Origin: Octopus vulgaris
Lineage: Eukaryota
Assembly: GCA_951406725.2 (NCBI GenBank)
Contig: OX597832.1
Coordinates: 50,034,001 to 50,098,000, forward strand
DNA length: 64,000 nt
Direction of reading: 5' to 3'
Shown: positions 12,075-25,500 of the stretch, in pieces
Numbering within the stretch: position 1 is the stretch's first letter
How the letters are laid out: each line of letters opens with the position of its first letter
Notes under the pieces: model-generated
Databases searched by the model: none
What the model saw: the letters and a program-made list of their open reading frames with translations, nothing else
Told to the model about the DNA's origin: nothing
Position numbers and translations under genes: made by a program

Positions 12075-12854
12075 GTGGATGGTTTGACAGGCTCTGATGA
12101 GTCCAGGGTCTGCATCATGCCCCAGTGTCTACTTTGGCACGGTTTCTTCAGCTGGATGCCCTTCCTAATACCAACCACTTCACAGCACATATTGGTTGCA
12201 TTTTTCATACTTCCAGCTTCTAGTGACGAGTTGACCTGCAGCTTGCAAAGCTATGAATTCTGACGGGGTGACTTTACACTATGAAGTAAATGGTTAAAGT
12301 ACTAGTTAAGGGTCCAAAGCAGAACAGGGTTCTTGCTGTAGAGCTACATGACTACTGGGGTGCTAATGATTCTGCTAGCTTGCTGCTGATAATAATGATA
12401 ATAATGGTTTGAAATTGTGGCACACAGTGAGCTTGGTAGAGGCAGATAAATCACTTACATTGACCCCAGTGTTCAACTGGTACTTATTGTATTGATCTTA
12501 AAAGAAAGAAAGTCAAAGCTGACCTTGGTGGAATTTGAACTCAGAATGCAAAGCCCGAAGAAATACCAGTGAGCGTTTTGTCAGACACACTGACAACTCA
12601 TTGCCTTGATTGTAATAGTGATAATAATAATGGTTTCATATTTTGGCACCAGGCCAGCAATTTTGAGGAGAGGGGCTTAGTTAGTACCATTGACCTCAGT
12701 ATTTGACTAGTACTTTATTTTATTAACCCTAAAATGATGAAAGGTAAAGTTTTCTTCCGTGGGATTTGAACTCAGAATGTAGAGGGTCAGAACAAATCCT
12801 GCAAAGCATTTTCCAACACTTTAATGAGTCTGCCAGCTCACAAACAACATTATA

Positions 12855-13265
12855 CCAGGTTTGGCATATACATTTAACCATTATTTAAACAATAATTTAT
12901 CCATTATTCAAACAGAAATTGAAACGTTCTTATTCACAAAAATTGTTGCAAATGTTGTAAAATGCTTCCTAACATTCTTTTGTTTTATTGTTTACCCTTG
13001 ATTAAATATCGCAGCTCAAACAAAACACGAACAAATTGTAGCATTGAAAATGGCTGGTTTAAAAAGAATCGTGAAGTGATAAAACAGTTGAGAAAAGATT
13101 AAGAGCTATGGTGAAAGCAAAGAGTAGCCATTTTCAATTGTAAATGTATGTAAAATATTGTCAATAAATATCACAGTCAACCTGTAAACTTTCATTAACC
13201 AAAACCTAAAACTTGCTATTCTACAATAAAAATGAATAATGGGCAAATATTTATGCCACACCCAG
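12855..13265 (+). mobile_element. Tc1/mariner internally deleted element
   Basis: Imperfect TIRs with TA flanks; residual C-terminus RLRAMVKAKSSHFQL* resembles the Tc1/maT GGHFE end. Confidence 0.65.
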
Positions 13266-14446
13266 TAGATATTAAGTTCTCTTAGATTAATTCTTATGAC
13301 CTCTACAAAAGACTTGAATGGAAAGAAACTCCCAGAACAACTGATCTTCCTCCCCACCATTCCTGGTTACAATAAAAAGAAAAATGAAAACACACATTTC
13401 GTGTTTCAATCCTTTTTATTAGTTTTTCCCTATTGTTGGCTGTCAATGTCTGGCAGAACGCTCTGGCAATGTTGTTGTTACGTGAAAGAGAAGAACAAGG
13501 TTGCCAACTAGATATTGGAAGAGGAGAACCAATTCGGTTTTCGCTTAGTAAATTTTGTGCTGAAATTATCTATAATAATTGACTCCTTTGATGGAGGGAT
13601 GAGGAAGGAGAGAAAGAGAGAGAGACGTGGTGGTGGTGGTGCTTATTGTCTCTTCCCTACTTACTTTTATATATTCTGGAGTCTGATTCTCCTACACAGA
13701 AGAATTTTAGGGACAATAGTTTGTATGTTCATAAGCATATGACTGTACACACACACACACACACACACACATATGTATACATGCAAATACTACATATATA
13801 TATATTATTTGCATGCATACACATACATGCTCACAATTATTGTTTTTAGTGTATGAATAGATTCTTAAGTGAAGGGGTTTATTTGCTTGTCTGTTTGATT
13901 AATATGTAGATTTTTATGTCTATTTGTGACTTTCACACACACACACACACACACACACGTGTGTGTTGTATTGGTGTGTGTGCATAGAATATATGTTTTG
14001 CTTTGTGTTGTATATAGACATACATACAGGTGCCGGCATGGCTGTTGAATGAGAAGTTCACCTCTTTATAACATGGTTTTGGGTTCAGTACCATTGTGTG
14101 GCATCTTGGGGCCAGTGTCTTCCATTTTAGACCCCAGATTGACCAAAGCCTTGTCAGTGAATTTGGTAGCTGAAAGAAGCCTGTTGTATGTGTGTATATG
14201 TGTGCATGCACGTGTGTGTTTTTTGTGTCTTGTCTTGCCTTGTCCTTCATTTCTTGCTTTGGCCTTTATTTCCAATCTTCTATGAAAACATGTCTGGTTA
14301 CTGGGGGAAATATTATCTTAGTTGGAAACAGCTAAAGGTTGGCAACAGGAAGGGCCTCTGGATGTAGAAAAATCCACCCCAGCAAATTCTTTCTGACCCA
14401 TGCAAGCATGGAAAACTGTTGTTGAAACAATGATGATAATGATAGT

Positions 14447-14759
14447 TTTTTTTTTTTTTTTTGTTCCTTCTTGAGCCATGCCTGGCTCATAAGGGCCGGT
14501 TTCACGGTTTCTTGGCATATAGGTTCCCCACCTGGACGGGACACCGGTCCATCGCAGGTGAGCTGCAATATGCAGGAGGAAAGAGTGAGAGAAAGTTGTG
14601 GCGAAACAGTCAGCAGAAATTCGCCATTATCTTTTGCCGGAGCTGCGTGGAGCTTAGGTGTTACGCTCATAAACACACACATCGCCCGGTCTGAGATTCG
14701 AACCTGCGATCCCGCGACCGCGAGTCCGCTGCTCTAACCACTAGGCCATGTGCCTCCAC
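14447..14759 (-). mobile_element. tRNA SINE with V-like domain and poly-A tail (family C)
   Basis: tggcctagtggtt A-box, ggttcgaatctc B-box, cctgcgatggaccggtgtcccgtccag; TSD gataatg(a/g)tagt. Confidence 0.85.
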
Positions 14760-14909
14760 GATAATGGTAGTGACGAGTCAAAAATCTGGTTGATTCTCGA
14801 TTTAAGTGCTTGCTTTACTTATAACAGTTAGCTGTATCTCTATCTGTATGGCACCTATTACTGCAAGGTATTAAGATTTAGATCTGACATGAGCCCTAAA
14901 ATTCTTCAC

Positions 14910-15120
14910 CCTTTAGCTTTCAGATTCTTTTGTCAAATTTAATCCTTATTCATCCACATTTCTTTGAATTACCCACAATTATCTCATAACTGCAATTTTT
15001 TGATGAGGTAACCATTTATTTTTAGGATGACATTGTAGGGTAGGTGTGAGAGGCTGGATCTTGCCAGTTTAAATATAAATCATATTTGGGCTGGATATGG
15101 CCAGTTTGAATGCTAAAGGA
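14910..15120. mobile_element. piggyBac-like MITE, diverged
   Basis: ccctttagc ... gctaaaggattaa with family body. Confidence 0.6.
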
Positions 15121-15859
15121 TTAAAGCCAGAGTTTAACCTGTTTTCTATGGCATATAAGGGACTGAGAATTACAATACTCCCTCATCCCCCACTGATACC
15201 CTACAAACCATATAAACAAAAGCTTAATGCAGTTGCTGTACCTGCTAGAAATAGCAGCGAAATCTTGCTCACATCATGCTCTAAGCAGCTTAAAAAGAAA
15301 GAAAGGAAGAACACAGAATAGTAATGGTTTTGGGTGCATGAGATGGAATGTTTGTAGCTGGAATGCTTTTCGTTGTGGGGTTGCTCAGTCAGGACCGATG
15401 TGGAGGGAATCAATAACGAGAATATCAGCAAAAAACCAAACAAAACAGATGAAAAATCATGAAGAGTCAGTTAAAATATCTTTTCCAGAGATTACAAGTG
15501 CTGGTGATGCGATACGAACCATTGACTTTTTTCACTTGTTGGGCAAGCAACCAACTGATTCAGCCCCTGCTGGAACCTTTCTTAGTTGGGAGGGTTTTTT
15601 TTTTTTTTGCTTTTAAAAAAATAGATATATTAGACATATAAAAAGAAAGGAAAAGAAAACAAACAAACAAAAAGAAAAGCAAAATAAGATGAAAATTCAC
15701 TGCTTAATTTCCCAGAGTCCAAAATTTTCTCTTTGGTGGTGTGAAAACTAAATGAATGTCCTACTTTCACTCCCATCATCTCTTCTTGCCTGTTCACTCA
15801 AGTATTAATTCTTCTTCGCTAAATTACACTGTACGTTGGTTTGGAGTGGTTTGTCTATA

Positions 15860-16043
15860 AGACACACACACACATACACACTCTCACACACACACACTCT
15901 CTCTCACACACACACTCACACACACACACTCACACACACACACACTCTCACACACTCACACATACACACACACACAACACACTCACACACACACACACAC
16001 ACTCACACACACTTTCTCACACACACTCTCTCACACACACACA

Positions 16044-16086
<43 letters not shown>

Positions 16087-16097
16087 ACACACACACA

Positions 16098-16134
<37 letters not shown>

Positions 16135-16140
16135 ACACAC
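15860..16140. repeat. (CA)n/(CT)n compound microsatellite
   Basis: Direct inspection. Confidence 0.95.
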
Positions 16141-17078
16141 GTTTCTTTCATGTTTTCCCCATTTCGTTCTCTACCTGTTCTGCTCCTTAGGAATGCCTCA
16201 CTAAGAGAATATTATTTAGGGATTTTCTCTCAAAAATTTTTTTTTTTTTTGTAGTAGTCTTCCTTGTATCTTCTTTTTCTTCATCTCTCTCTCTCTCTGT
16301 CTCTCGCTCCTGTTTTAAAATTCTCTCTCCATTGCAACACACATCTTCATCTTCTTTGTCATCTTTTTCTTTGCCTTCTTCATGTATTATTTTTCGTCTT
16401 TTCTTCCATCTTTCATCTTCTTCTTCTGGACTTTCCTCTTCCCATTATACTCTCTCCCAACCAATTTTCTTTTTCTTTTCTTACCCCTTCTTTTCACCTC
16501 TTTCCATCATTTAGATCTTTACTCATCATCATCATCGTCATGATGTTATCATTTCATCATCTTTCTTCTTTAAATTGCCCTTCATTTCCTTTTTCTATTT
16601 TCTTTCTGGAATCTCCCCCACGCTCTCTCCTTTTTACTCTTCTCTTTTCTCTCCCCCTTTCTGTTTTATTTTATCATTCATTCTCTCTAACCTTTTATTT
16701 CTTGACTGTCAACTTATTCTTCTATTCTTGTTCTTTTGTTCTTCATCTTGGGAAAATAACCATTTATTTCATTTCTGTTTCATATAAACAAACACTGATT
16801 ATTTTAGAAAATACGACAAGAGAAAAATATAAGCAAACAAAATAATTTTTCTATTTTCACTGGATGTCACTCAAAAGCTTGCAAGTCTACAAATGTTCTT
16901 TCAATGCCACTTAAGTGTAGGGAAATTGCATCAGTAGTTTAGGGCATCCACTTTACTCCCTTGTGTGATGTTTTTCTTTGTGGTTTTCATAAGCATAGCT
17001 TTGTGGTTAAGTAGTACCCTTCATAACCACAACGTTTTGGGGTTCAGTCCTCCTGCATGGCATGTTAGATAAAGTATC

Positions 17079-17473
17079 GGATCTTTTCGGTTTGAACGGC
17101 AGTTTTTAAAAATAATTTCTAGGTAACTAAAAAAATTTTAAACTTCATATACTGGTAGAATGTGTTTATAAAACATCTTTTTCTCTTGGCTTTATTGAGA
17201 AAATTCTATAGTTTGTAAGATATTTGGTCTTTAATTTCTTGCATTTCGGCAATTTCAACCAATCAATGACTGTCTATTGAGGCGAAAACATTCTGTGCCA
17301 TATGAATATGTCCCTCGTTTAAGAAACAGATTGGGTTTATTTACATTTCTGAAGAAAAAAAAGATACCCTAACCCAGATTGAAATGCAATATATCGATAC
17401 CAGGGTCATAATTATGGGTGACAATTTCATATGACACAGCTAGAAAAAACTGCCGTTCAAACCGAAAAGATCC
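17079..17473. mobile_element. MITE with GG-initiated ~29-bp TIRs and 8-bp TSD (Merlin-like), nested in a SINE
   Basis: TIR ggatcttttcggtttgaacggcagttttt; TSD aaagtatc/aaagtttc; host SINE resumes after it. Confidence 0.8.
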
Positions 17474-17738
17474 AAAGTTTCTCCTATTGTAGCTAGCATC
17501 AGGTTGACTAAAGCCTAGTGAGTGAAGACTGGTGAAAAAAAAAAAAGAAAAGGTGGAAACTGTGTGGAAATTTGTTGTTTTTCTTCTCCTCCCCACTTCA
17601 TTTGTTTTAGCCATGCAGTTGTGGTCATGCTGGAGCGCCTCTGTGAATAAAAAAAAATTGAGATTGTTTCCAAAATGGGGAATCGAATCAAACCCATTGG
17701 TAAGCAAGCTACTTACCACACAACCACTCCTGCGCCTA

Positions 17739-18139
17739 TACTCTTTTACTCTTTACTCTTTTACTTGTTTCAGTCATTTGACTGCGGCCATGCTGGAGCA
17801 CCGTCTTTAATCGAGCAACTCGACCCCGGGACTTATTCTTTGTAAGCCCAGTACTTATTCTATCGGTCTCTTTTGCCGAACCGCTAAGTGACGGGGACGT
17901 AAACATACCAGCATCGGTTGTCAAGCAATGCTAGGGGGACAAACACAAACATACACGCACACACATATATATATACATTTATACGACGGTCTTCTTTCAG
18001 TTTCCATCTACCCAATCCACTCACAAGGCTTTGGTCGGCCCGAGGCTATAGTAGAAGACATTTGCCCAAGGTGCCACGCAATGGGACTGAACCCGGAACC
18101 ATGTGGTTGGTAAACAAGCTACTTACCACACAGCCACTC
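17739..18139 (-). mobile_element. Family A SINE, full length, preceded by an internally deleted copy (17600-17738)
   Basis: Co-linear with family consensus. Confidence 0.9.
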
Positions 18140-19119
18140 TATATATATATTCCTTATTTTTTTAACACAACCTGCAATTCAGTTTTCATATTTCCAACAT
18201 TTCATTCTGCTATTCTTTACCATCTGCCTCTACCACCACCATCTCCCTGTTAAAGGAGTTTCTTTGCTGCCCCTCTCATATTTTTAGGGATTCTGTTCAC
18301 AGTGGGAGTACAACAGAAACTGTTTGTATTTCTCACTTTTCCAACCACAGTTTCCCCCTTAAAGGCAATGGCGAGGGAGGGAGGGAGGGGGAGAACAGTC
18401 CCTTCCTCTTGTTCTCTGCTTTCTATCTCCCTTTTCCATCTTCCTCTGACACCCGAAATATTGAGCAAAAGGCAATATGTATAAGTGTATATATATATAT
18501 ATATATATATATATCTTGTGTGTGTGTGTATGTATGCGTCCATGCGTACGTGCACAAATACACATATATTCACGCGTATTCTAACAAGACAAATAGAAAC
18601 TGTTAGAAAAAACAGACGGAAGGAAAGAAAGAAGGAAAGGAATGGGGCAATGAAGGATTTAGCAGCTTAAGGAATCTTACACCATGAATCTTATTTAATT
18701 GGATTTGAAGAGAGTACAATTTCAGGTGTAACACAGAAAATGGGGCATCGGGCCTACAAGGTCACTTACCATAACACATAACCAATTTTTTTTCTGATAT
18801 CACTGGCTCCTTTCTGATATCCACCCTCAAACCCCCACCTCATTTGAAAAGGGAGCGGAGTTATTTTTAAGCTTATTGCTACACGTGTGCCCCACCCCCC
18901 GCATACACACACAGACACGCATTCCACCCACAACCTGGAAATCTTTAATAAATAAATAAATCCGTTTGTAGTTTGGAAGCTATTTAAAATTGTGTTTACA
19001 ATTGCTGTTGTTGTTGTCGTCGTTTAACTTCAGGTCAGGCCCTGAACAGATAGACTAATAATCAGACATTCCGACTATGACCTAGTGTCCAATTTTTTTT
19101 TTTTTATCATTATTATTAT

Positions 19120-19350
19120 GGCGGCGAGCTGGCAGAAACGTTAGCACGCCGGGTGAAATGCGTAGCTGTATTTCGTCTGCTGTTACGTTCTGAGTTCAAA
19201 TTCCGCCGAGGTCGACTTTGCCTTTCATCCTTTCGGGGTCAATAAATTAAGTACCAGTTACACACTGGGGTCGATGTAATCGACTCAATCCGTTTGTCTG
19301 TCCTTGTTTGTCCTCTCTTTGTTTAGCCCCTTGTGGGTAGTAAAGAAATA
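19120..19350 (+). mobile_element. Meta-like SINE (family B), full length
   Basis: ggcggcgagctggcagaaacg ... gtaaagaaata. Confidence 0.9.
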
Positions 19351-19394
19351 TATATGTGTCTGTTTGAAATGGATTTGATTATCTACTTTATACA

Positions 19395-19760
19395 ATACTA
19401 GCACTATGACCCGGCAACGCTGGGTCATAGTGCTAGTGCATGCATATACAGCTGCGTGTGTTTGCACATACACATGAGTACTGTCCAAATCTCTGACCAA
19501 TCACATACAGCTAGCTGGCATTCAATTGGCGTATCAAGTTTCGGGCATTTTGATTGGATTTTGTATAGAAAATTCACAATAAAGTCACTTCTATTGATTT
19601 TTTTAATGGCTTTGCAGGGTGACTGGGGAAATGTAAAGATGTGCACGACCACCCTTGGACGGTTCTGAATGACCATAGAAAGTGCGAGCCCTCTAACTGA
19701 AAAATTGTGGATTTGTATAAAGGACACACACACAGACATTTTGCCGTTTATATATATAGA
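19395..19760 (+). mobile_element. Helitron/Helentron-like non-autonomous element with terminal hairpin
   Basis: Starts atactagc with a 16-bp perfect inverted repeat (19397-19437); ends acagacattttgccgtttatatatatagag. Confidence 0.5.
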
Positions 19761-19861
19761 GATAATACTGTTGGAGTTGTTGATAGAAACACACACACAC
19801 GAGTACATTAAATGTACATGTGTGTGTATACCGTGATGAAAGATTTTCTAGTCGTTGACTA

Positions 19862-20355
19862 CCGTAAATCCTCGAGTATAATCCGCATTTCCCCCCAAAA
19901 ATTTAAAAGTCAAAATCCCTAGTGCGTACTATATACGAGGTTAAAATGAAAATTATTTTCTCAGCAATGTCCGAGTCTCTATTTGCTGTCCGGCAATGTT
20001 TATTCAGACGCATTTTGTGATGTCGGACGCAAAAATACCTTAAGCTAAGCCTGAAAGCAATGAAGTCATAAAAGAATCATCCATAACTTGCAGTAAGCAA
20101 CATTTATTAAATGTTATTACTGTTACTTCTTTATTTTCTGCAAACAAAATGCACAAAAAAGCTACACGTTTGCATTATCTTATATGCACAATAATAATAA
20201 AGGACGTTACTGTATACAGTTTTACAAACCAAGGACGTTATATAGATCTCCTTGACTCAAGTTAGAGAAGGGGTGCGTATTATACACAAGGTTTAGGTTT
20301 TGCAGAGGTACAGCCCCCTAAAAATCCCCTGCGTATTATACTCGAGGATTTATGG
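19862..20355. mobile_element. Tc2/pogo-type MITE
   Basis: TIRs ccgtaaatcctcgagtataatccgca / tgcgtattatactcgaggatttatgg (24/26), TA on left, TG on right; internal TIR-like repeats at about 19923 and 20275. Confidence 0.85.
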
Positions 20356-21506
20356 TGTGTATTTTGATCTGAACTAAAACGCAAATAGCCATTGAGCTAT
20401 GATGTAAGTGTAGTTCTAAATCGTTAACAATTTAAAACTACGCAATCCGAGTTTCCTCCGTAAGAGCGAAATCAGAGAACATATCACGAAATCGCACACC
20501 TTGAGGCAGCCGTAACACGAGGAATGCCTCTGTGCGCGCACGGGTAAGGAAGCAGAATAGAGTTGGTAGTAGATTAACTTGGCGAAGACATTAAAATAAC
20601 AAGTCAAACAAAAAAAAAACCCGTTGTTTATTTACTTATTAAACTATTTTATTTATCTATTTATTCATTTGTTTTCGTAAATAAATTCCTGGAATAGTCT
20701 TAGACAACAGCACTATAATAACACCCCCCACCACCACCCCAGCTTCGTTTCTCCCATCCCCCACCCTCCCTGCTCTCATCCGCCTTTAGTCCCTTTTTGT
20801 TTTATGACCATCCACTCTCTCTAACCCCATTTGCAAAAACATTAAGAATTACTATTGTTGCATTATGATGTCTCACTCTTTATTTCTCCCCCCCCTGTTC
20901 TCTCCCACTCTCCCTCTGTTCTTTTTCTCTCTCTCCCTCTGTTCTCTCTCTCTCTCTCTGTTCTCTCTCTCTCCCTCTGTTCTCTCTCTCTCTCTCCCAC
21001 TCTCCCTCTGTTCTTTCTCTCTCTCTCTCTCTGTTCCCTTTCTCTCTCACACAATTCATTTTTCTCTTGTTATGTCTTTTCATCTATACATTTGTGCTTC
21101 ACCAACTTTCTCTCACACTCTCTTACCCTTTCTCCATTATTTTTATTCTGTCTGTTTCTGTTTACAATTCTATATATTTCTCCCCCCTTAACCCTTACTC
21201 TCCCTTCCACACACACACACACACACTATTTCCCTCCTTTTCTCTTTCTTTTATCATTGTGCTTCTAACCTCCACCTTCTCTCTACTCTGTCTGTCTTGT
21301 TTTGTCCGCCTCTCTTCCCCTCTTTTACCCAGGCCAATTTTTTTTTTTTAAAATAGCTTTTTGTGACATTTACATGTCTCTGCTCTATCTTGTCTCTTAT
21401 ATTTATTATTTTTTTTGTCTTCCTTTATTTCCATATTACCATAGTTTATTTGCATTTATTAATCTGTCTCTTATCTGTAATTGTTTTAAGTATGACTGTC
21501 TGTCTC

Positions 21507-21558
<52 letters not shown>

Positions 21559-21614
21559 CACAAACACGCACACACAAACACACACACACACAAACACACA
21601 CACAAACACACACA

Positions 21615-21655
<41 letters not shown>

Positions 21656-22035
21656 TTCTCTCTGTCGCAGTCTGTTCAACTCATCTCTAAGGACATAAGG
21701 ACACAAGCTCCCTGGCTTTACTCTAAAATATCTAAAACCTTAATGGATAAATCAATTGGTTGAAATAGTTGATACCACTAACTTATATTCTAGTGTTCTG
21801 TCCCTCACCCCTCTGCGCCAAAAACCCCCAAAACATGGAGACTCCCAGTTATTTTGTGACACATACACACACACACACACATGCACAAACATCCTCAAAA
21901 ATACACACACACACACACACTTTTCCCATGATCTCTCCCCTCCTTACCGAAATGAAAAGGCCCAGAGGGAATTGGATTTTTTTTTTTATAGGAATGTGCC
22001 ATGAGGGAAGCCAAAGATGCAGTCATTGGTGATGC

Positions 22036-22039
22036 AATG

Positions 22040-22073
<34 letters not shown>

Positions 22074-22186
22074 CAATAATAATAATAACAATAATAATAA
22101 TAATAACAATAATAATAATAATAACAATAATAATAATAATAATAATAATAACAATAATAATAACAACAATAACAATAATAATAACA

Positions 22187-22219
<33 letters not shown>

Positions 22220-22262
22220 ACAATAACATTAATAATAATACTAATAATGATAATAGTAATAG
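22036..22262. repeat. (AAT/AAC)n microsatellite
   Basis: Direct inspection; source of the poly-I/poly-L ORFs. Confidence 0.95.
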
Positions 22263-23515
22263 TGAGGATGATGATGATGGTGAAAATTACTTTTATTTGC
22301 CACAAGGGCATCAAATGAAGTGCAAGCAATAATAGTGATAATTGGAACTCTGAAATTGTTGTATGAAAACTAGTCCTGCCTTCTTTACCCTTTAACATAA
22401 GGGTATGGGGAGTGGGGGGAGGGGGAAGAGAAAGGGGGTGGTGGAGAATGAGAAAGTGAATGCTAATCAATGATTAAAAGAAATGGCAATATTATTTATT
22501 CTTTAATTATCTGGAATTATACCAGTTGACTTGACGTTATTGTTTGGTGTTAATTATAATTATTAAGTTCGTTATTGTTCTTCAAATTGCATTTCTAAAT
22601 ATTTCTCTTGATTGTACGATTAGACAATTATATTGTTGTTGTTTTGTTCAAAGTCGGCTCTGCTTTACATAGTCTCGTGACCAAAGACATTCCCACCACA
22701 ACCATGTGATATTGGTTTAACTGAATTGTTAGACTCTAAATACTTTGCTCAGTGTTTGTTCTGACCGTCTCTGCTCTGAGTTCAAATCCTGCTTAGGTTA
22801 ACTCAGCCTTTCATTCATTCAGTGCCAATAATAAAATGACAAAAAAAAAAAAGAGAGAGAGAAAAAGTACGAATCTAAGATAGAGAATTGGTGGAACTCT
22901 AAAAACTGGATACCTTACTCTGTCTGTTCTGATACCTTGCATTCTAAGTTCAAATCCCAGTGAAGCCAAATTGGTTTTTTTTATCCACTCTAGGTTGATA
23001 CGAGAAGTACAATCCGAGTGGGTGTCAGATTTGCAGAACTATGAAAACACAGGACTGGATGCCTTGCAGTATTTGTTATGGTTCTTTGTATTTTGAGTTC
23101 AAATCCTGCTGGAGTCAATTTGATCTTTCATTCTCTCAGGTTCAAAACAAAATGTACCAAATAAAAGTAGAAAATTGGCGGAACTGTAAAAACACAGGAC
23201 TGGATGCCTTGTGCATTGCATTTTGAGTTCAAATCACATTGAGATCAACTTGATCTTTCCTCTTTTTGGGGTTGGATGAACTATTAATTATCAAACTCTT
23301 GGTGTTTTTTTTTTTTAGAATAACATATAATTCATGTTGTTGGTTTATAGCCCTGGGTCAGTTCTTGCCCCAAGGTACCATGCAGTGAGGTTGAATCTGA
23401 AATGATATGGTTGGGATGTGAACTGCTTAACCATACAAACACCTTCCCTATATACAGAGTGGCCTAAAAGTAACCAAATCCTATTGAATTTATTGAATAT
23501 TGCTAATTGTTCATC

Positions 23516-23750
23516 GAATGGCCTGCAAGTTCCCCAAACCTCAGTCCTTTGTACTTCTTTCTCTGTGGAGTACTGAAAATTCAGGTGTTCAGTGCTAAAC
23601 CAGAAACTCTCAGTGATCTGAAACAGAGCATCATGAATGCATGGCAAGGTATTATGCTGGAGTTGTGCAAAAAAAGAAACTGATTCAAGCGTTGAACAAT
23701 GTCATAACTTTATTGCAAATAATGGTTTACATTTTGAATATTTGCTGTAA
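23516..23750 (+). pseudogene. Tc1/mariner (maT/rosa-like) transposase C-terminal relic
   Basis: EWPASSPNLSPLYFFLCGVLKIQVFSAKPETLSDLKQSIMNAW...NNGLHFEYLL*, matching WPxxSPDLxPLDFFLWG and GGHFE motifs; TA-cagagtggcc TIR-like start at 23455. Confidence 0.85.
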
Positions 23751-23873
23751 TGTCCTCTCAATGATTAGCCAGGGATGATTTTTAAAATGAAAATATCTGA
23801 AATAAACTTGACTGCTCTCACAAACGAGAATACTAAAAATGAACCCGACTACTCTCAAAAATTAAGTAATTAA

Positions 23874-24094
23874 CCCTTTAGCATTCAGATTACTCTGTTA
23901 AATGTAATGCTTTTTCACTCAAATTGTTTTGAATTAATCATGCATTATCTCACAGCTTTGAGGTTTCAATAATGTGATTATTTATTTTTAGAATATCAAT
24001 GTAGGTTAGGTGTGAGAGGCTAGATATGGCTAGTTCAAATATAAAACATGTAGAATATATTGGGCCGGATATGGCCGGTTTAAACACCAAGGGG
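23874..24094. mobile_element. piggyBac-like TTAA MITE, best copy
   Basis: TTAA|ccctttagcatt ... aaacaccaagggg|TTAA; inverted partial copy at 24290-24398. Confidence 0.75.
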
Positions 24095-25097
24095 TTAAAC
24101 CAGAAAAATAATCCAGAATCTTTGTCCAGTACCAGAACGATCCCAAAATCTAATCAGTTTGTGCCAGTCACGAGGCCAAACATCCCTAAAAGCTTCATCC
24201 GAATCCATCCAGCGGTTCTTGAGATATCTTGACCACAGACAAACAAACTTGGCTGAAAACAATACCTCTGCCTTCGCTAAGGTAAAGGTAACAATTATTC
24301 ATTGAAATCTCAAAGCTCTGAAATGACGTTTGATTAATTCAAAACAATTGAGCAAATAAGCATTACATTTGACAGAGTAATCTGCTTGCTAAAGGGGTTT
24401 GCAAACTTCTTAACCTAATACCTTTGCTCGGACTCAGTGTTCTATATTTCGTAGGTGGGGTAGCAGAAATAAAGTGAAATCATCTGAAATACAAATAAAA
24501 TAGAAATGAGTGGATCTGAAACGAAAATGAAAGCAATTTTATATTCCTTAATATCCTTATTCATATCCTTTTCCTCTTCTCCCTCTCCAATGTCAGAAGC
24601 AGGTGGGGTAAGAATAAACTACTAAAATAAACGCATATTTGTCATGTGTGGCAGATTTCCAAATTGAGCAAATTAATTATTCAGCACAGGAAAAACGTGT
24701 TTTTTTTTTTGTGTTGTGTTTTGTTTTTTTTTTTTTGTTGTTTTTTTAAAAATTTATTTTTATTTTTGGACAAATGCCACTCTTCAGAATTGATATTCTT
24801 GTATTTGTTGTTAGTTGATGTCAAAGAACTTACCATTTTAAACATAGTTGGCTGAAATGCTTGTTTCCGATTGGCCAGTTGCAAATCGGTGGTGGTGGTG
24901 TGGATATAGGTGATGTTGATGATGTAGTGGTGTGCTGTGTGCATGCAAACATACACACCTGCATCTTGCTTCTTGTGTCTCGAGGCCCTACAAGATGAGG
25001 TTGGCTTCATCTTGCTTTACTTTATTGTTCCTATTCTTGTTGTTGTTGTTGTTATAAGTACTGTTAAGCTTATGACTGCTGTTTCTATTCTTCTTCT

Positions 25098-25402
25098 TGT
25101 TAGTGGTGGTGGTGGTAGTGGTGGTAGTAGTAGTGGTGGTGGTGGTAGTAGTGGTGGTGGTGATGGTGGTAGTGGTAGTGGTGGTGGTAGTAGTAATGGT
25201 GGTGGTGGTAGTGGTGGTGGGTGTAGTGGTGGTGGTGGTGATGGTAGTGGTGGTGGTGGTTCTAGTGTTGGTGGTAGTAGTAGTGGTGGTGGTGGTGGTA
25301 GTAGTGGTGGTGGTGGTGGTGATGGTGGTAGGAGCAGTAGTGATGGTAGTGGTAGTAGTAGCTATAGTGGTAGTGGAGGTGGTGGTAATAGAAGCTGTGA
25401 CC

Positions 25403-25435
<33 letters not shown>

Positions 25436-25500
25436 ATAGTAGTAGCAGTAGTAGCTATTGTAGAGGAGGTGGTGGTGGTAGTGGTGGTGGTGGTGTCGGC
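25098..25500. repeat. (GGT/AGT)n trinucleotide microsatellite
   Basis: Direct inspection. Confidence 0.95.

Noticed and set aside
12092-12125. CTGATGAGTCC, a classic hammerhead start
   Set aside because: No GGAC-GAAA partner downstream; lies within a diverged RTE-tail repeat
13043-13138. 13-bp perfect inverted repeat attgaaaatggct
   Set aside because: Inside a Tc1/mariner relic, arms 70 nt apart, no further pairing
24770-24795. Possible decayed hammerhead (minus: CTGAAGAGTGG...CCAAAAA)
   Set aside because: No GAAA core or stem I; too degenerate
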